64,000 bases of DNA, taken from contig JAYOTF010000018.1 in the NCBI GenBank assembly GCA_038150265.1, forward strand, positions 2,458 to 66,457, written 5' to 3'. Shown piece by piece: positions 1-9,349 of this stretch; the stretch's first letter is position 1; the number at the start of each line of letters is the position of its first letter. The position numbers were made by a program, and so were the translations under genes. The notes under the pieces were generated by a model that was not told the DNA's origin, made no database searches, and saw nothing but the letters and a program-made list of their open reading frames with translations. The stretch is from Deltaproteobacteria bacterium (GTDB lineage: Bacteria; SAR324; NAC60-12).

Positions 1-1370
1 CCCACGTCCAGGGGTTGCTCCCGCTCAGCGCCGGGCTCCTCGTAACGCTCTCCCAACCGAGGCTCCAGCTTCTCCTCGGAGACGTACCAGAACCGAGCGC
101 TGTGCTGCGGATTCGTGTAGTCAATCTCCAGCGCCCACCCGTAGTGCTCGTGCAGCAGGTCCCGAAGGGCTTGCACCGGCATCTTCCCCTGCAGGCAAAA
201 GGCCTGTTCTTCATCTGCGTCCATTTCCTCTCCCCACGGGTCCACGAGGGCGCCATGCGGTTCCAGCAGCAACGCCAGCAGGGCCTCCTGGGCTTCCAGT
301 GGCAGGTGTGCTTCCCCCCAGCGCCACAGGGCATCCCAAGGGTGCGGCACCTGAGGATCCCATGAGTTCCGGACGTAGTGCTCCAGCGCCGTGAGCCCCT
401 CCAGCAGCTCCTGGATCTTGACGGTTTGCAGCGGGTGCTCGCTGTGCCACAGCCTGGCGTTTTCCTGTGCGGCCTCCAGCGCCTGCAGGAAGGCCTCCCG
501 GGTTCCGGGCAACAGGGCTGGCTGCGCCCGGACCTGCGCCAGGGCCGATTCCCGAGCCGCCATCCAGCGGTGGATCAGCACGGGGTGCCGAATCAGAAAC
601 GGCGCCATGCCGAGTCCGGTTGAGTTCCCCACGCCCAGCAGACGCTTCAACTCCGGAGCCAGCCGCGTCGCCCGAGCTCCGCCCCGAGAGGCGGCAAGGT
701 GCTCCACGAGGTCAATCGAGAAGGACCGCGTCAGCCACACCGACAGCAATTCCGCCTGAAACGGCGCCTTCAGCTCCGGACGGTCGGCAAGCAGCCCCCG
801 GTCAGCCGCTCCAAACTTGCCGTTGCCATAAACGGCGGTGGTCCGCATCAGGTAACCCGTCGCTTCCAGCTGCGCTGCGTCCGGTTGCCTTCCCTGTGCC
901 AGCGCCTCCACGACCTGATTGAAGAGCCGGACCGACCGGTTGGCACGGCTGAGGGACAGCTCCCGGGAGCTCACCCGTCCCGCCTCCTGAAGGGGCACCT
1001 GCGTGGAAAGACGCTGCAGGTCTTCCGGAGTGGGGGTGCCATCAAACAGCGTAAAGGTCGCGTCCCAGGCGGTCGCGATGACGCGGTCGGAGCGCTGCTC
1101 ATCCGGAAGGTCATGCGAGAAGACGACCAGGCTGTAGCAGCGTTCCGGACCCGACATGCGGTAAACGGCCTGCCCCACGCCGCGCGCATCCAGGTTCCAG
1201 ACGGGGCGGTCAAACGTCCACTGTTCGGTTTGCAGGCGCCGGAGGAGCTGGCGGAGGAAGGAGAGGCGGGTGGGGTGACTGCTGCCCATGCGGGCCAGAC
1301 GCATGACCGCCCCGGGCGAGCGCCGGAAGGGAGCCGTCGATGACGGGGCAAAGGGGGAGGTCTGGCTCAT
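1..1370 (-). CDS. Conserved hypothetical protein, 3' end runs off the window (not in the ORF track)
   Basis: Hand translation from ATG at 1370: MSQTSPF...MRLARMGSSHPTRLSFLRQLL...RSDRVIATAWDATF...GVGNSTGLGMAPFL...FWYVSEEKLEPRLGER. Segments read at both ends and the middle share one frame. Starts 7 bp after the dipeptidase stop. Resembles uncharacterised proteins I recall next to membrane dipeptidases in marine proteobacteria. Confidence 0.85.
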   Translation of the reverse strand, partial: MSQTSPFAPSSTAPFRRSPGAVMRLARMGSSHPTRLSFLRQLLRRLQTEQWTFDRPVWNLDARGVGQAVYRMSGPERCYSLVVFSHDLPDEQRSDRVIATAWDATFTLFDGTPTPEDLQRLSTQVPLQEAGRVSSRELSLSRANRSVRLFNQVVEALAQGRQPDAAQLEATGYLMRTTAVYGNGKFGAADRGLLADRPELKAPFQAELLSVWLTRSFSIDLVEHLAASRGGARATRLAPELKRLLGVGNSTGLGMAPFLIRHPVLIHRWMAARESALAQVRAQPALLPGTREAFLQALEAAQENARLWHSEHPLQTVKIQELLEGLTALEHYVRNSWDPQVPHPWDALWRWGEAHLPLEAQEALLALLLEPHGALVDPWGEEMDADEEQAFCLQGKMPVQALRDLLHEHYGWALEIDYTNPQHSARFWYVSEEKLEPRLGERYEEPGAEREQPLDV

Positions 1371-1377
1371 GGGATCC

Positions 1378-2385
1378 TCACGACATGAAGGGGGCAGGGC
1401 TGAAGCTGTTGGCAAAAAACCGGGCCCAGTTGTTGCCCAGGATTCCGGCAACCTCGGACTCGGAAAACCCGACCTCTCGGAGGCCGGAAGCCAGGGTGCC
1501 AAACGCTCGGCTGTCTGGGTACCACGCGGGCATTGGAGGAAATCCGGGAGCCGCCGCACTGCCCTCCCCGAAGTCGCGGGACCTGGTCCAGCGCCCGTTG
1601 CGCATCCACTCCACCACCGAGTCGGGCTGATCCTGACAGAGGTCTGAACCAATGCCGAGGTGCGTCACGCCCATGACTTCAGCAGTCCGGGCCACCATTT
1701 CACAAAAGGACGCCAGCGTGCAGGCGCTGCCCTCCTTGAGGTGATGCGGGTAAAGCGAGAAGCCGAGCATGCCTCCGGACGCAGCCAGCGCGCGGAGGAC
1801 GGTTTCCGATTTGTTCCGGAGGGCCGGGTGCCAGCTCGCAGGGTTGGCATGGGTCAGGGCGATTGGACGCGTCGAGTGCTCCATCGCCTCCAGGGTGGAG
1901 CGCTCCGCCGAGTGACTCATGTCAATGACCAGCCCCACGCGGTTCATCTCGCGGATCACCTCCTTTCCCATACGGGTCAGGCCCGGGTCTTCCGCTTCGT
2001 AGCATCCGGTGGCCAGCAGCGACTGGTTGTTGTAGGTCAGCTGCATGAACCGCAGGCCAAGGCGGTGGAGGATCTCCACCAGCCCCAGGTCGTCTTCCAT
2101 GCAGCTCGGATTCTGTGAGCCGAAGAAGATCGCGGTCCGGTTGCTGGCCCGTGCGGTTTCCAGATCAGCGGCCGTGAAGCCCGGGAAGATCAGGTCCGGG
2201 AAGCGCTCAAACCAGCGGTTCCACGCTTCCATCACCGCCACGGTCTCCCGGAAGGTTTCATGGTAGGTGATGGTGACATGGACGCCATCGAGCTGCCCTT
2301 CACGCATCTGGCGGAAGATCGTTTCCGACCAGTTGGCATACTGGAGGGCATCAATGCGGTAGTCTGTGGAGACAGAGGGGGGCAT
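1378..2385 (-). CDS. Membrane dipeptidase family (peptidase M19 / amidohydrolase fold), atypical metal site
   Basis: MQLTYN, VIDMSH, THAN and GIGSD motifs; C-terminal GILGNNWARF. Confidence 0.85.
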   Translation of the reverse strand: MPPSVSTDYRIDALQYANWSETIFRQMREGQLDGVHVTITYHETFRETVAVMEAWNRWFERFPDLIFPGFTAADLETARASNRTAIFFGSQNPSCMEDDLGLVEILHRLGLRFMQLTYNNQSLLATGCYEAEDPGLTRMGKEVIREMNRVGLVIDMSHSAERSTLEAMEHSTRPIALTHANPASWHPALRNKSETVLRALAASGGMLGFSLYPHHLKEGSACTLASFCEMVARTAEVMGVTHLGIGSDLCQDQPDSVVEWMRNGRWTRSRDFGEGSAAAPGFPPMPAWYPDSRAFGTLASGLREVGFSESEVAGILGNNWARFFANSFSPAPFMS

Positions 2386-2565
2386 GACGAAGAAGGGGGT
2401 TTGGCCTCACTGACGGTTGCAGACAAGCCGGGTTCCGGATGAACCCGATTCTGCCACACCTTGGAACAAGCCCCGTGCGCATTACAAGCAAAAACTTCAG
2501 AAAAGGGGACGGAACGTGGCCGTGCAACCGGCTCGCTCTCCCTGAAGGCGCCTCCGGGTGCGGAC

Positions 2566-3588
2566 TCAGGAAGCGGGGAACCAGCCCCGGGTGCGGTTGA
2601 CGAAGGCGACCAGGGACAGCATCACCGGCACCTCCACCAACACGCCGACCACCGTGGCCAACGCGGCGCCGGAATGCAGGCCAAACAGGCTGATGGCGAC
2701 GGCCACCGCCAGCTCAAAAAAGTTCGAGGTTCCAATCAGGCAAGCAGGAGCAGCAATGCGGTGGGGCAGGTTGAGGAGCCTCGCCAGGGCATAGGCCAGG
2801 GCAAAGATGCCATAGGTCTGCAGGAGCAACGGAACCGCAATGAGCCCAATCGTTTCAGGCTGCTCCATCAGGGTTTCCGCCTGAAAGCCAAACAGCAGCA
2901 CCACGGTTCCCAACAGGCCCACCACCGACCAGGGCTTCAGCCACTGCACCCACGCGGCAACCGCCGCCTCGCCCCCTTGGCGCGCCAGGACCTTCCGGGT
3001 GCTGACACCGGCCAGCAGCGGAATGACCACATAGAGCGCCACTGACAGCAGCAGGGTCTCCCACGGCACCGAAATTTCGGTAACGCCCAACAGAAAGGCC
3101 GCAATCGGAGCAAACGCCACCACCATGATCAGGTCATTGACGGACACCTGCACCAGGGTGTAGTTGGGGTCTCCGGACGTCAACTGGCTCCAGACAAACA
3201 CCATCGCGGTGCAGGGCGCCACACCGAGCAGGATCATTCCGGCAATGTATTCCTGAGCACTCACCGGATCCACCCAATCCGCAAACACCCCCTCAAAGAA
3301 CAGGGTCCCCAGTAAGGCCATGCTGAAGGGCTTGACCACCCAATTGATCCCGAGGGTCAGCAGCAGCCCCTTCGGACGCCGCCCCACCTCCCGGACTGCG
3401 GCAAAGTCAATCTGCACCATCATCGGATAAATCATGACCCAGATCAGCCCCGCCACGACCAGGTTGACGTGGGCCACTTCCCAGGTTGCCACCCGGGAAA
3501 ATGCGTCTGGACTCATCCAGCCGGCGCCCACTCCCACCACAATGGCCAGCCCCACCCAGAGGGTCAGGTAACGTTCAAAGCGTCCCAT
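2566..3588 (-). CDS. acr3: ACR3 family arsenite efflux transporter
   Basis: [28 protein letters not shown] and [10 protein letters not shown] motifs; many TM helices. Confidence 0.95.
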   Translation of the reverse strand: MGRFERYLTLWVGLAIVVGVGAGWMSPDAFSRVATWEVAHVNLVVAGLIWVMIYPMMVQIDFAAVREVGRRPKGLLLTLGINWVVKPFSMALLGTLFFEGVFADWVDPVSAQEYIAGMILLGVAPCTAMVFVWSQLTSGDPNYTLVQVSVNDLIMVVAFAPIAAFLLGVTEISVPWETLLLSVALYVVIPLLAGVSTRKVLARQGGEAAVAAWVQWLKPWSVVGLLGTVVLLFGFQAETLMEQPETIGLIAVPLLLQTYGIFALAYALARLLNLPHRIAAPACLIGTSNFFELAVAVAISLFGLHSGAALATVVGVLVEVPVMLSLVAFVNRTRGWFPAS

Positions 3589-4060
3589 CTACCTTTCCAA
3601 TCTCTTCCAGTTTGGCCTGCAGGCTCAGGCGTTCCAGCGACGCCAGGGGCAGGTTCAGGAAAATTTCGATTCGCCGCCGCAACTGGCCATACGCCTGTTG
3701 AAAGGCCTGCATGCGCTCCGGAAGTGACCCCTCTGCGGCTGCAGGGTCCGGGATGCCCCAGTGCGCCGTCAGCGGCTGTCCTGGCCACACCGGACACGTC
3801 TCCTGAGCCGCCTGATCGCAGACGGTGAAGACGAAGTCAAAGGCTGGGCCCTCTCGGAAGTCGTCCCAGCTCTTGGATCGCAAATTTTGTGTTTCATGCC
3901 CCAGCGCCTGCAGCAGCTCCAGGGTCAGGGGGTTCACCTTTCCTGCCGGCTGGCTTCCGGCGCTGTAGGCATGAAAACGCCCCGCGCCCGCCTGGTTCAG
4001 GATCACTTCCGCCAAAATGCTGCGGGCCGAGTTGCCCGTACAGAGAAAAAGCACGTTCAT
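3575..4060 (-). CDS. arsC: Arsenate reductase, LMW-PTP (thioredoxin-linked) type
   Basis: [15 protein letters not shown]-loop, VCD...[14 protein letters not shown]; ATG overlaps the arsR stop. Confidence 0.93.
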   Translation of the reverse strand: MNVLFLCTGNSARSILAEVILNQAGAGRFHAYSAGSQPAGKVNPLTLELLQALGHETQNLRSKSWDDFREGPAFDFVFTVCDQAAQETCPVWPGQPLTAHWGIPDPAAAEGSLPERMQAFQQAYGQLRRRIEIFLNLPLASLERLSLQAKLEEIGKVDGTL

Positions 4061-4401
4061 GAAGGCTCTTCTTTCGTTTGAGGAGGAGGGGAAGGCGGAA
4101 AGCCACACAGCTCCGGATTTCCCTGGCAGCAGTCTTCCACCAAATAAGCCAGCAGCTCCTGAATGCCCTGATCCTCGACCGCATACAGGATCTGGCGCTG
4201 CTGACGCGTGGACCGGAGGAGCCCGGCGCGCTCCAGACGAGACAGGTGCGCAGAGAGAGTGGGCGCAGGCACCTGAAGGCGCAGGGCGATCTCTCCCGCC
4301 GGAAGCCCCGAAGGCCCTTCTTGCACCAGCATCCGGAAGACCTCCAGACGCGTCTCCTGGGCCAGCCCCGCCAGTTTGGTGACCGCCTCTTTTATTTCCA
4401 T
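4057..4401 (-). CDS. arsR: ArsR/SmtB family repressor with C-terminal CC-x6-C As(III) site
   Basis: LAQETRLEVFRML, TLSAHLSRL HTH, EDCCQGNPELC; first gene of the ars operon. Confidence 0.92.
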   Translation of the reverse strand: MEIKEAVTKLAGLAQETRLEVFRMLVQEGPSGLPAGEIALRLQVPAPTLSAHLSRLERAGLLRSTRQQRQILYAVEDQGIQELLAYLVEDCCQGNPELCGFPPSPPPQTKEEPS

Positions 4402-4690
4402 GTTTCCCAAATTATCAAAAAATTTAAGGATCCTTGAGGTTTGTTCAGGAATGATGAGGATTCACGCACAAACGGCGTTTTTTGTGCTCTATTTTGCCTT
4501 CCCACTAGGAAAGCCCCCTCCTGCAAGCGTTGAATACGGGTTCAGGGCAGAGGCCACGACCCGGAAACTGGAGCCGGTTGACCTGGGCTGGAGGGGGCCG
4601 CCCGCAAACCTCTGTGGAAGAGGGCGTGAGGCGGCGGGTGGCGTGAGATGGGGAGGTTGACGAGCCGCTGCAGGCCGATTGCGCCTGCGT

Positions 4691-5599
4691 TCAGGCAGCC
4701 TGAAGCACCGGAGTGGGTGGGGCGAAGTCTTCCGACCGAAAGGCATGGAAGGCATCAGCGTGGTGCTTCCGGAGGCGCATGGTGGACGCGTAAAGGTGTT
4801 CCAGCAATTGGGCCTCCTGGTGCTTTGCCATGGCGTGCAGGTCCATCAGCGGGCTCCCGAGGGTCAGGCGCACCGACTGCCCACGCATGCGGATCATCTC
4901 ATGGAAGAAGAGGCTGAGCTTGAGGTTGTAGTTGAGGTGGCTGGCAATCTGGAACAGCCGGCTGTTTTGCCCATGCACGTACACCGGCAGCACCGTCGGG
5001 TTGGCGGCAGAGATCAGCTTGGCCAGGAACTTCTGCCACGGAGCATCCTCAGCGAGGCCCCACCACCCCTTGCTCACGGAGGTGGACCCTGCTGGAAACA
5101 GAATCACCGTTCGCCCATTTTGCAGCGACTGAATGGAGCGGCGCAGCGTCAACAGATTGTTCCGGCGAGCCCGGTAGTCGTCCTTAAAGGAAATGGGCAG
5201 CACCACATCTTCCAGTTGATCAGCAGCATTGAGGATCTCCCAGGCAATGACCTGATAATCCGGACGTAGCGTCTCCACGAGGTGCGACAGCACCACGCCA
5301 TCGATCTGCCCATAAGGGTGATTGGCCACCACCAGCAGCGGTCCCTGACGGGGAACTTCCAGCAAGGGCAACCCGTTGGTTTCAATCGCGAGCTCCAGCT
5401 GTTCCACCGTCCGGTGCCAAAACGTCTTCCCGCTGCTCTGCGCCTCAACCACCTGCTCATAAATCCGGGCCAGCTGCCGCTTCCCCAGCAACTCCTCGGC
5501 GCCCGTAACCAGAAGCCGTTCCCACCAGGGCATGTCTCCCTCAATGAAGGAAAAGCTCGCCATGTGCTGAATGCTATTGGACACGCGGGGTGAGATCAC
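4691..5599 (-). CDS. Lysophospholipid acyltransferase family protein (start may be ATG 5563)
   Basis: VVANHPYGQIDG (HX4D) and LFPAG motifs. Confidence 0.85.
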   Translation of the reverse strand: MISPRVSNSIQHMASFSFIEGDMPWWERLLVTGAEELLGKRQLARIYEQVVEAQSSGKTFWHRTVEQLELAIETNGLPLLEVPRQGPLLVVANHPYGQIDGVVLSHLVETLRPDYQVIAWEILNAADQLEDVVLPISFKDDYRARRNNLLTLRRSIQSLQNGRTVILFPAGSTSVSKGWWGLAEDAPWQKFLAKLISAANPTVLPVYVHGQNSRLFQIASHLNYNLKLSLFFHEMIRMRGQSVRLTLGSPLMDLHAMAKHQEAQLLEHLYASTMRLRKHHADAFHAFRSEDFAPPTPVLQAA

Positions 5600-5676
5600 G
5601 TTTACCGTTGGTGAAAAGGTTCAAAAGCCCATGGGGCTTCAGGAAATCAAGCGCAGGGTCCAGACCAGATGGAGCC

Positions 5677-5937
5677 TCACCCTTGGGGAAGAAACAGTAA
5701 GGAACGCCCCTGACCAAGCCACTCCCGAAACGCCAACCGTGTGGCTTCCGGAAACCAGTCAGGCCAGCCAAAGAGCGGGGCCAGGACTTCGGAGTGCAAC
5801 CACATGCCCAAGTACCCATAAAGGCTGCCCCAGAGCGGAGCGGTCAGGATCAACAGCAGCATCGGCCACTGCAGACGGCGGGTTTCCGTGTGGCTGGAGA
5901 ACCGCTCTTGTTGGGATGCGATCGAAGAAGGACTCAT
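5677..5937 (-). CDS. Small hypothetical membrane protein
   Basis: 86-aa ORF from ATG 5937 with one hydrophobic stretch (MLLLILTAPLWGSLYGYLGMWL); fills the gap upstream of the acyltransferase. Confidence 0.35.
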   Translation of the reverse strand: MSPSSIASQQERFSSHTETRRLQWPMLLLILTAPLWGSLYGYLGMWLHSEVLAPLFGWPDWFPEATRLAFREWLGQGRSLLFLPQG

Positions 5938-6208
5938 GGCTTTGCAGACAAAAGCAGGAGGAACAGGCCCAATCAGCCTCGCATCATGCCCATGAGGTGT
6001 TAAGGCTTGATGAAGACTCCATGAGGGCTCTGTCTGAACCGCCGCCGCTCGCTCGCTCCTCCGGTTTGGGGCGGGGCCGCACGCCGGATTTGCAAGTCCT
6101 CCGGATTGATGGCTTGCCCCCTCAGGCGATCCGTCTCTACAATTGCAGAACGGGCTCACCGAGCCGCATCAACCGCCCAACCCCATCGAACTGCTGAATC
6201 ACCCTCTT

Positions 6209-7483
6209 ATGCCCCCCCGAATTCTGGTCATGGGCATTGGCGCCTTTGCCCACGCCATGATGCAAACCCTCCGGGATGCCGGTGCCGAAGTGGCCGGCTA
6301 CCTGGACCGAGATTACGGCCACTACGGCCCCTCCCTCGTGGGCCCCACCTGGACCCGCAAGGAGCACCCGTCTCCGCTGCCACTGATTGATGACTTTGCC
6401 CCGGACGTGATCATCCCCATGGCGATCTCCTGGCGAGAACAGCCCTGGGCCGCAGAAGCCATCGCCCGGCGCCTGCCCCTTCTCTCACCGTGGGGAGAGG
6501 CGCTGAACATTGAAGCGTCCCGCGAATACGCGTCCCTCCGCTGCCGGGAACACGGGGTGCCGGTTCCGCAGTTTCACCAGGTCTCCAACCGCCTGGAAGC
6601 CCGGGAGCTGATGCGCCGCGACCCTCGCCCCTATGTCATCAAGAATCCGATTTGTTCGCCGTTCAGTCCGGTGCACACGATCGTCTGTGAAACCGTGGAA
6701 GACACGCTCGGGTGGCTCGAGCGGGTGGACTACGCAGAGGGCGTCTTTCTGCAGGAGTACCTCGGCACGGTGGAAGCCGGGCATTTTGTTGCCGTCAGCG
6801 GTGGGAAGGTCGTCAGCCTGGTGACGAATCAGGAGTACAAGCGGGCCTACACCGGAAACCTCGGGCCCGTCGCCGGCGCCCCGCTTGCCGGAATTGTGGA
6901 GCAGGATCCGGACGACCGGTATGGGCTGGCGGCAGAGCTGATTCACCCCCTGCAGCCGTGGCTGGAAGCAACCGGCTTTCAGGGCATCTTGCAGGTCACC
7001 GCGATGCAGCACGCCGGACGCTGGCATGCCATTGAGTACAACGTCCGCCTCGGTGTGACCACAGGAGCCCTGATGATGCGGATGCTGGCCAACCCGCTGG
7101 AAGTGCTCACCGCGTTGGTCCAGAACCAACCCCTGGCGCCCCAGTGGCGTCCGGAGCACCGAATCGGATGCTCCCTGACCCTGGCCGGCTACGGCTACCC
7201 CTACGTCATTCCGCTGGCGCCCAAGCTCCCCGTGACGGTTCGTGAAGCAATCGGAGGTGATTTGTGGTGGAACGAGGTGGACCTCGAAGGAGACGGGCTG
7301 TCCATGGTGTCGCATGACAACCTGAGCATGGGGCACCGCATTGCCGACCTGAACGCCTGCGCTCCCGAGCTGGAGGCCGCGATTGCCCAGGTGTATGCGG
7401 ACATCCGGAAGGTCCATTGCCTCGGGAGCTACTACCGGACGGACCTTGGCCAGTCCCTCTGGCCTCCCGGAGCAGGATTCTGA
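6209..7483 (+). CDS. Divergent phosphoribosylamine-glycine ligase (PurD)-like ATP-grasp enzyme
   Basis: Collinear with PurD: ILVMGIG, IEASREYA..., YVIKNP, FLQEYLG, QEYKRAYTGNLGP, IEYNVRLG, YYRTDLG. Substrate motifs are non-canonical. Confidence 0.75.
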   Translation: MPPRILVMGIGAFAHAMMQTLRDAGAEVAGYLDRDYGHYGPSLVGPTWTRKEHPSPLPLIDDFAPDVIIPMAISWREQPWAAEAIARRLPLLSPWGEALNIEASREYASLRCREHGVPVPQFHQVSNRLEARELMRRDPRPYVIKNPICSPFSPVHTIVCETVEDTLGWLERVDYAEGVFLQEYLGTVEAGHFVAVSGGKVVSLVTNQEYKRAYTGNLGPVAGAPLAGIVEQDPDDRYGLAAELIHPLQPWLEATGFQGILQVTAMQHAGRWHAIEYNVRLGVTTGALMMRMLANPLEVLTALVQNQPLAPQWRPEHRIGCSLTLAGYGYPYVIPLAPKLPVTVREAIGGDLWWNEVDLEGDGLSMVSHDNLSMGHRIADLNACAPELEAAIAQVYADIRKVHCLGSYYRTDLGQSLWPPGAGF

Positions 7484-7878
7484 TGCACCCCCCTGCGCTA
7501 CGTCCGCACCTCCCGCTTCTGGAACCCCTCCCGGAACCGGACGCTCTGCTCCAGGAGCATCCGGACGCCCTCACGCTGCGGCACTGGGCGCAAGGCCAGG
7601 TTCCGGAAGCGACGTCCGAGCGGCTCCGGCCGTGGTTTCAGCAGGTGCTGTTGGGGTATGCGTGGGGACTGTCTGAGCGGCACATGCGCCGAGAGGACCT
7701 CCGGCACGTGGAGCCGATCCCCCGGATTCTGGAAGATGTGGCCGGACTCTTTGAGCAGTTGGAGGGGCATCCGGAGCTTCAGGAGGCTCCGGACTTGCTG
7801 GCCCAGGTGTTTGACTTCGGAGTCCAGTGGGCCTACTACCTGGACTGGAAGCTGTACCTGTCTCAGGAGCTCTACTGA
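7483..7878 (+). CDS. Hypothetical protein (131 aa), translationally coupled to the PurD-like gene
   Basis: TGATG stop/start overlap at 7481-7485; helical, aromatic-rich C-terminus WAYYLDWKLYLSQELY. Confidence 0.7.
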   Translation: MHPPALRPHLPLLEPLPEPDALLQEHPDALTLRHWAQGQVPEATSERLRPWFQQVLLGYAWGLSERHMRREDLRHVEPIPRILEDVAGLFEQLEGHPELQEAPDLLAQVFDFGVQWAYYLDWKLYLSQELY

Positions 7879-8882
7879 GACGAGGCGGCAAACTCGCGGG
7901 TGGAGCGGATGAACTCGTGAACGATGCCGGGCTCAGAGGCCGCATGCCCCGCATCCGGAATCACCCGGAAGTCGGCTTCAGGCCAAGCCTGGTGCAGATC
8001 CCACGCACTCCGCATCGGGGTGCAAATGTCGTAACGTCCCTGAATGATCACCGCCGGGATGTGGCGGATGCGGTCCACGTTTTCCAGCAGTTGCCCGTCG
8101 GTTTCAAAGAAGCCGCCATTCATGAAGTAGTGGCACTCGATCCGGGCAAAGGCGACAGCGAATTCCGGATTTCCAAACGACTCCACCCGTTGCACATTGG
8201 GGTAGAGCGACAGGGCGCTCCCTTCCCAGGAGGCCCAGGCGCGCGCCGCCTGAATCCGGACCTCGGCCTCTTCTGAAGTCAGGCGCCGGTGGTAGGCTTC
8301 CAGCAGGTTGCCCCGCTCTTCCTCGGGAATGGGCGCGAGGTAGTTTTCCCACGTGTCCGGATAGATGAAGCTGGCCCCTTCCTGGTAGAACCACCGGATC
8401 TCCTTCTTGCGGAGGAGGAAGATGCCACGGAGGATGAGCTCGGAAACCCGGTCTGGATGCGTCTCGGCATACGTCAGGGAAAGCGTGCTGCCCCAGGACC
8501 CGCCAAACACCATCCACTGCTCAATCCCCAGGTGTTCCCGGAGCTGCTCCATGTCGGCCACAAGGTCCCAGGTGGTGTTCTCTCGCAGCTCGGCGTTGGG
8601 CGTGCTCTGCCCACACCCCCGCTGGTCAAACTGCACAATCCGGTACTGCCTGGCGTCAAAGTACCGGCGGTATTCGGGCTGTGACCCGCCTCCGGGCCCC
8701 CCATGCACCACCACCACCGGCTTGCCCTTGGGGTTGCCGGAAACTTCGTAGTAGACCCGATGCAGCGAGGAGACATCCAGGAAGCCCGTTTCATGAGGAG
8801 GGAGGAGGGGATAAGGCTTGAGCAGGTGCTGTGACATCTGGAGGCTCCAGTAAGGTTGGGGGGAATCAGCAACAAGGCTCAT
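7872..8882 (-). CDS. pip: Proline iminopeptidase (S33)
   Basis: HGGPGGG, FDQRGCG, GGSWG nucleophile elbow, QGRYD, DAGH; start may be 8837. Confidence 0.95.
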   Translation of the reverse strand: MSLVADSPQPYWSLQMSQHLLKPYPLLPPHETGFLDVSSLHRVYYEVSGNPKGKPVVVVHGGPGGGSQPEYRRYFDARQYRIVQFDQRGCGQSTPNAELRENTTWDLVADMEQLREHLGIEQWMVFGGSWGSTLSLTYAETHPDRVSELILRGIFLLRKKEIRWFYQEGASFIYPDTWENYLAPIPEEERGNLLEAYHRRLTSEEAEVRIQAARAWASWEGSALSLYPNVQRVESFGNPEFAVAFARIECHYFMNGGFFETDGQLLENVDRIRHIPAVIIQGRYDICTPMRSAWDLHQAWPEADFRVIPDAGHAASEPGIVHEFIRSTREFAASSQ

Positions 8883-9331
8883 TCCAGAGTACGCACTTTC
8901 TGGAGGTTTGCAACGTACCCTTCAGAAAGGAGCGGTGCGCCTGCCAGCAAATGGTTGAGGTACTCCCGCGTCGGCGGCTTGTCTGGCCCCGTTTGTAGCG
9001 CGACGTACCCGATGACGGCGCATGGGGTGTCATCGGCCACCCGGAAGACCGTCATCGGCTGGCGCTCGTAGTGCCCCTCTGCCACCTTCTCATAGCCGTC
9101 CAAAATCGCCAATTCCCGCTCTTGCACTTCATAGGCAATGCCCTCGACCTGCTTTCCGGGCGCCGGCACAATGTTGGCTGCACACCAGCCGTAACTGGGA
9201 ATTTCCTTGTTGAAGCGCAGCTCGTAGTCCGGGAGGTACACCGCAAATCGAGGGGCCTCCCAGCCCACACGTTCGTGCATGCGGGCCGCGTTCATGTTGG
9301 ATCCGTAGGCAAAGTAAAGCAGGTCACTCAT
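8879..9331 (-). CDS. Gamma-glutamylcyclotransferase (GGCT/AIG2-like) family protein
   Basis: YFAYGSNM, LDGYE and GHYER motifs. Confidence 0.88.
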   Translation of the reverse strand: MSDLLYFAYGSNMNAARMHERVGWEAPRFAVYLPDYELRFNKEIPSYGWCAANIVPAPGKQVEGIAYEVQERELAILDGYEKVAEGHYERQPMTVFRVADDTPCAVIGYVALQTGPDKPPTREYLNHLLAGAPLLSEGYVANLQKVRTLE

Positions 9332-9349
9332 GGGACAAGGGGGTTGGGG

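Noticed and set aside
2386-2565. Possible riboswitch upstream of the dipeptidase (GGAGAG-containing stretch and a CGGGTTC/GAACCCG hairpin)
   Set aside because: It lacks the remaining glycine-riboswitch consensus; only a simple hairpin is supported.
2566-4401. ars operon as a novel system
   Set aside because: Standard arsR-arsC-acr3 with known motifs.
6209-7483. Assigning the gene symbol purD
   Set aside because: Key PurD substrate and ATP-loop motifs are substituted and there is no purine gene context.
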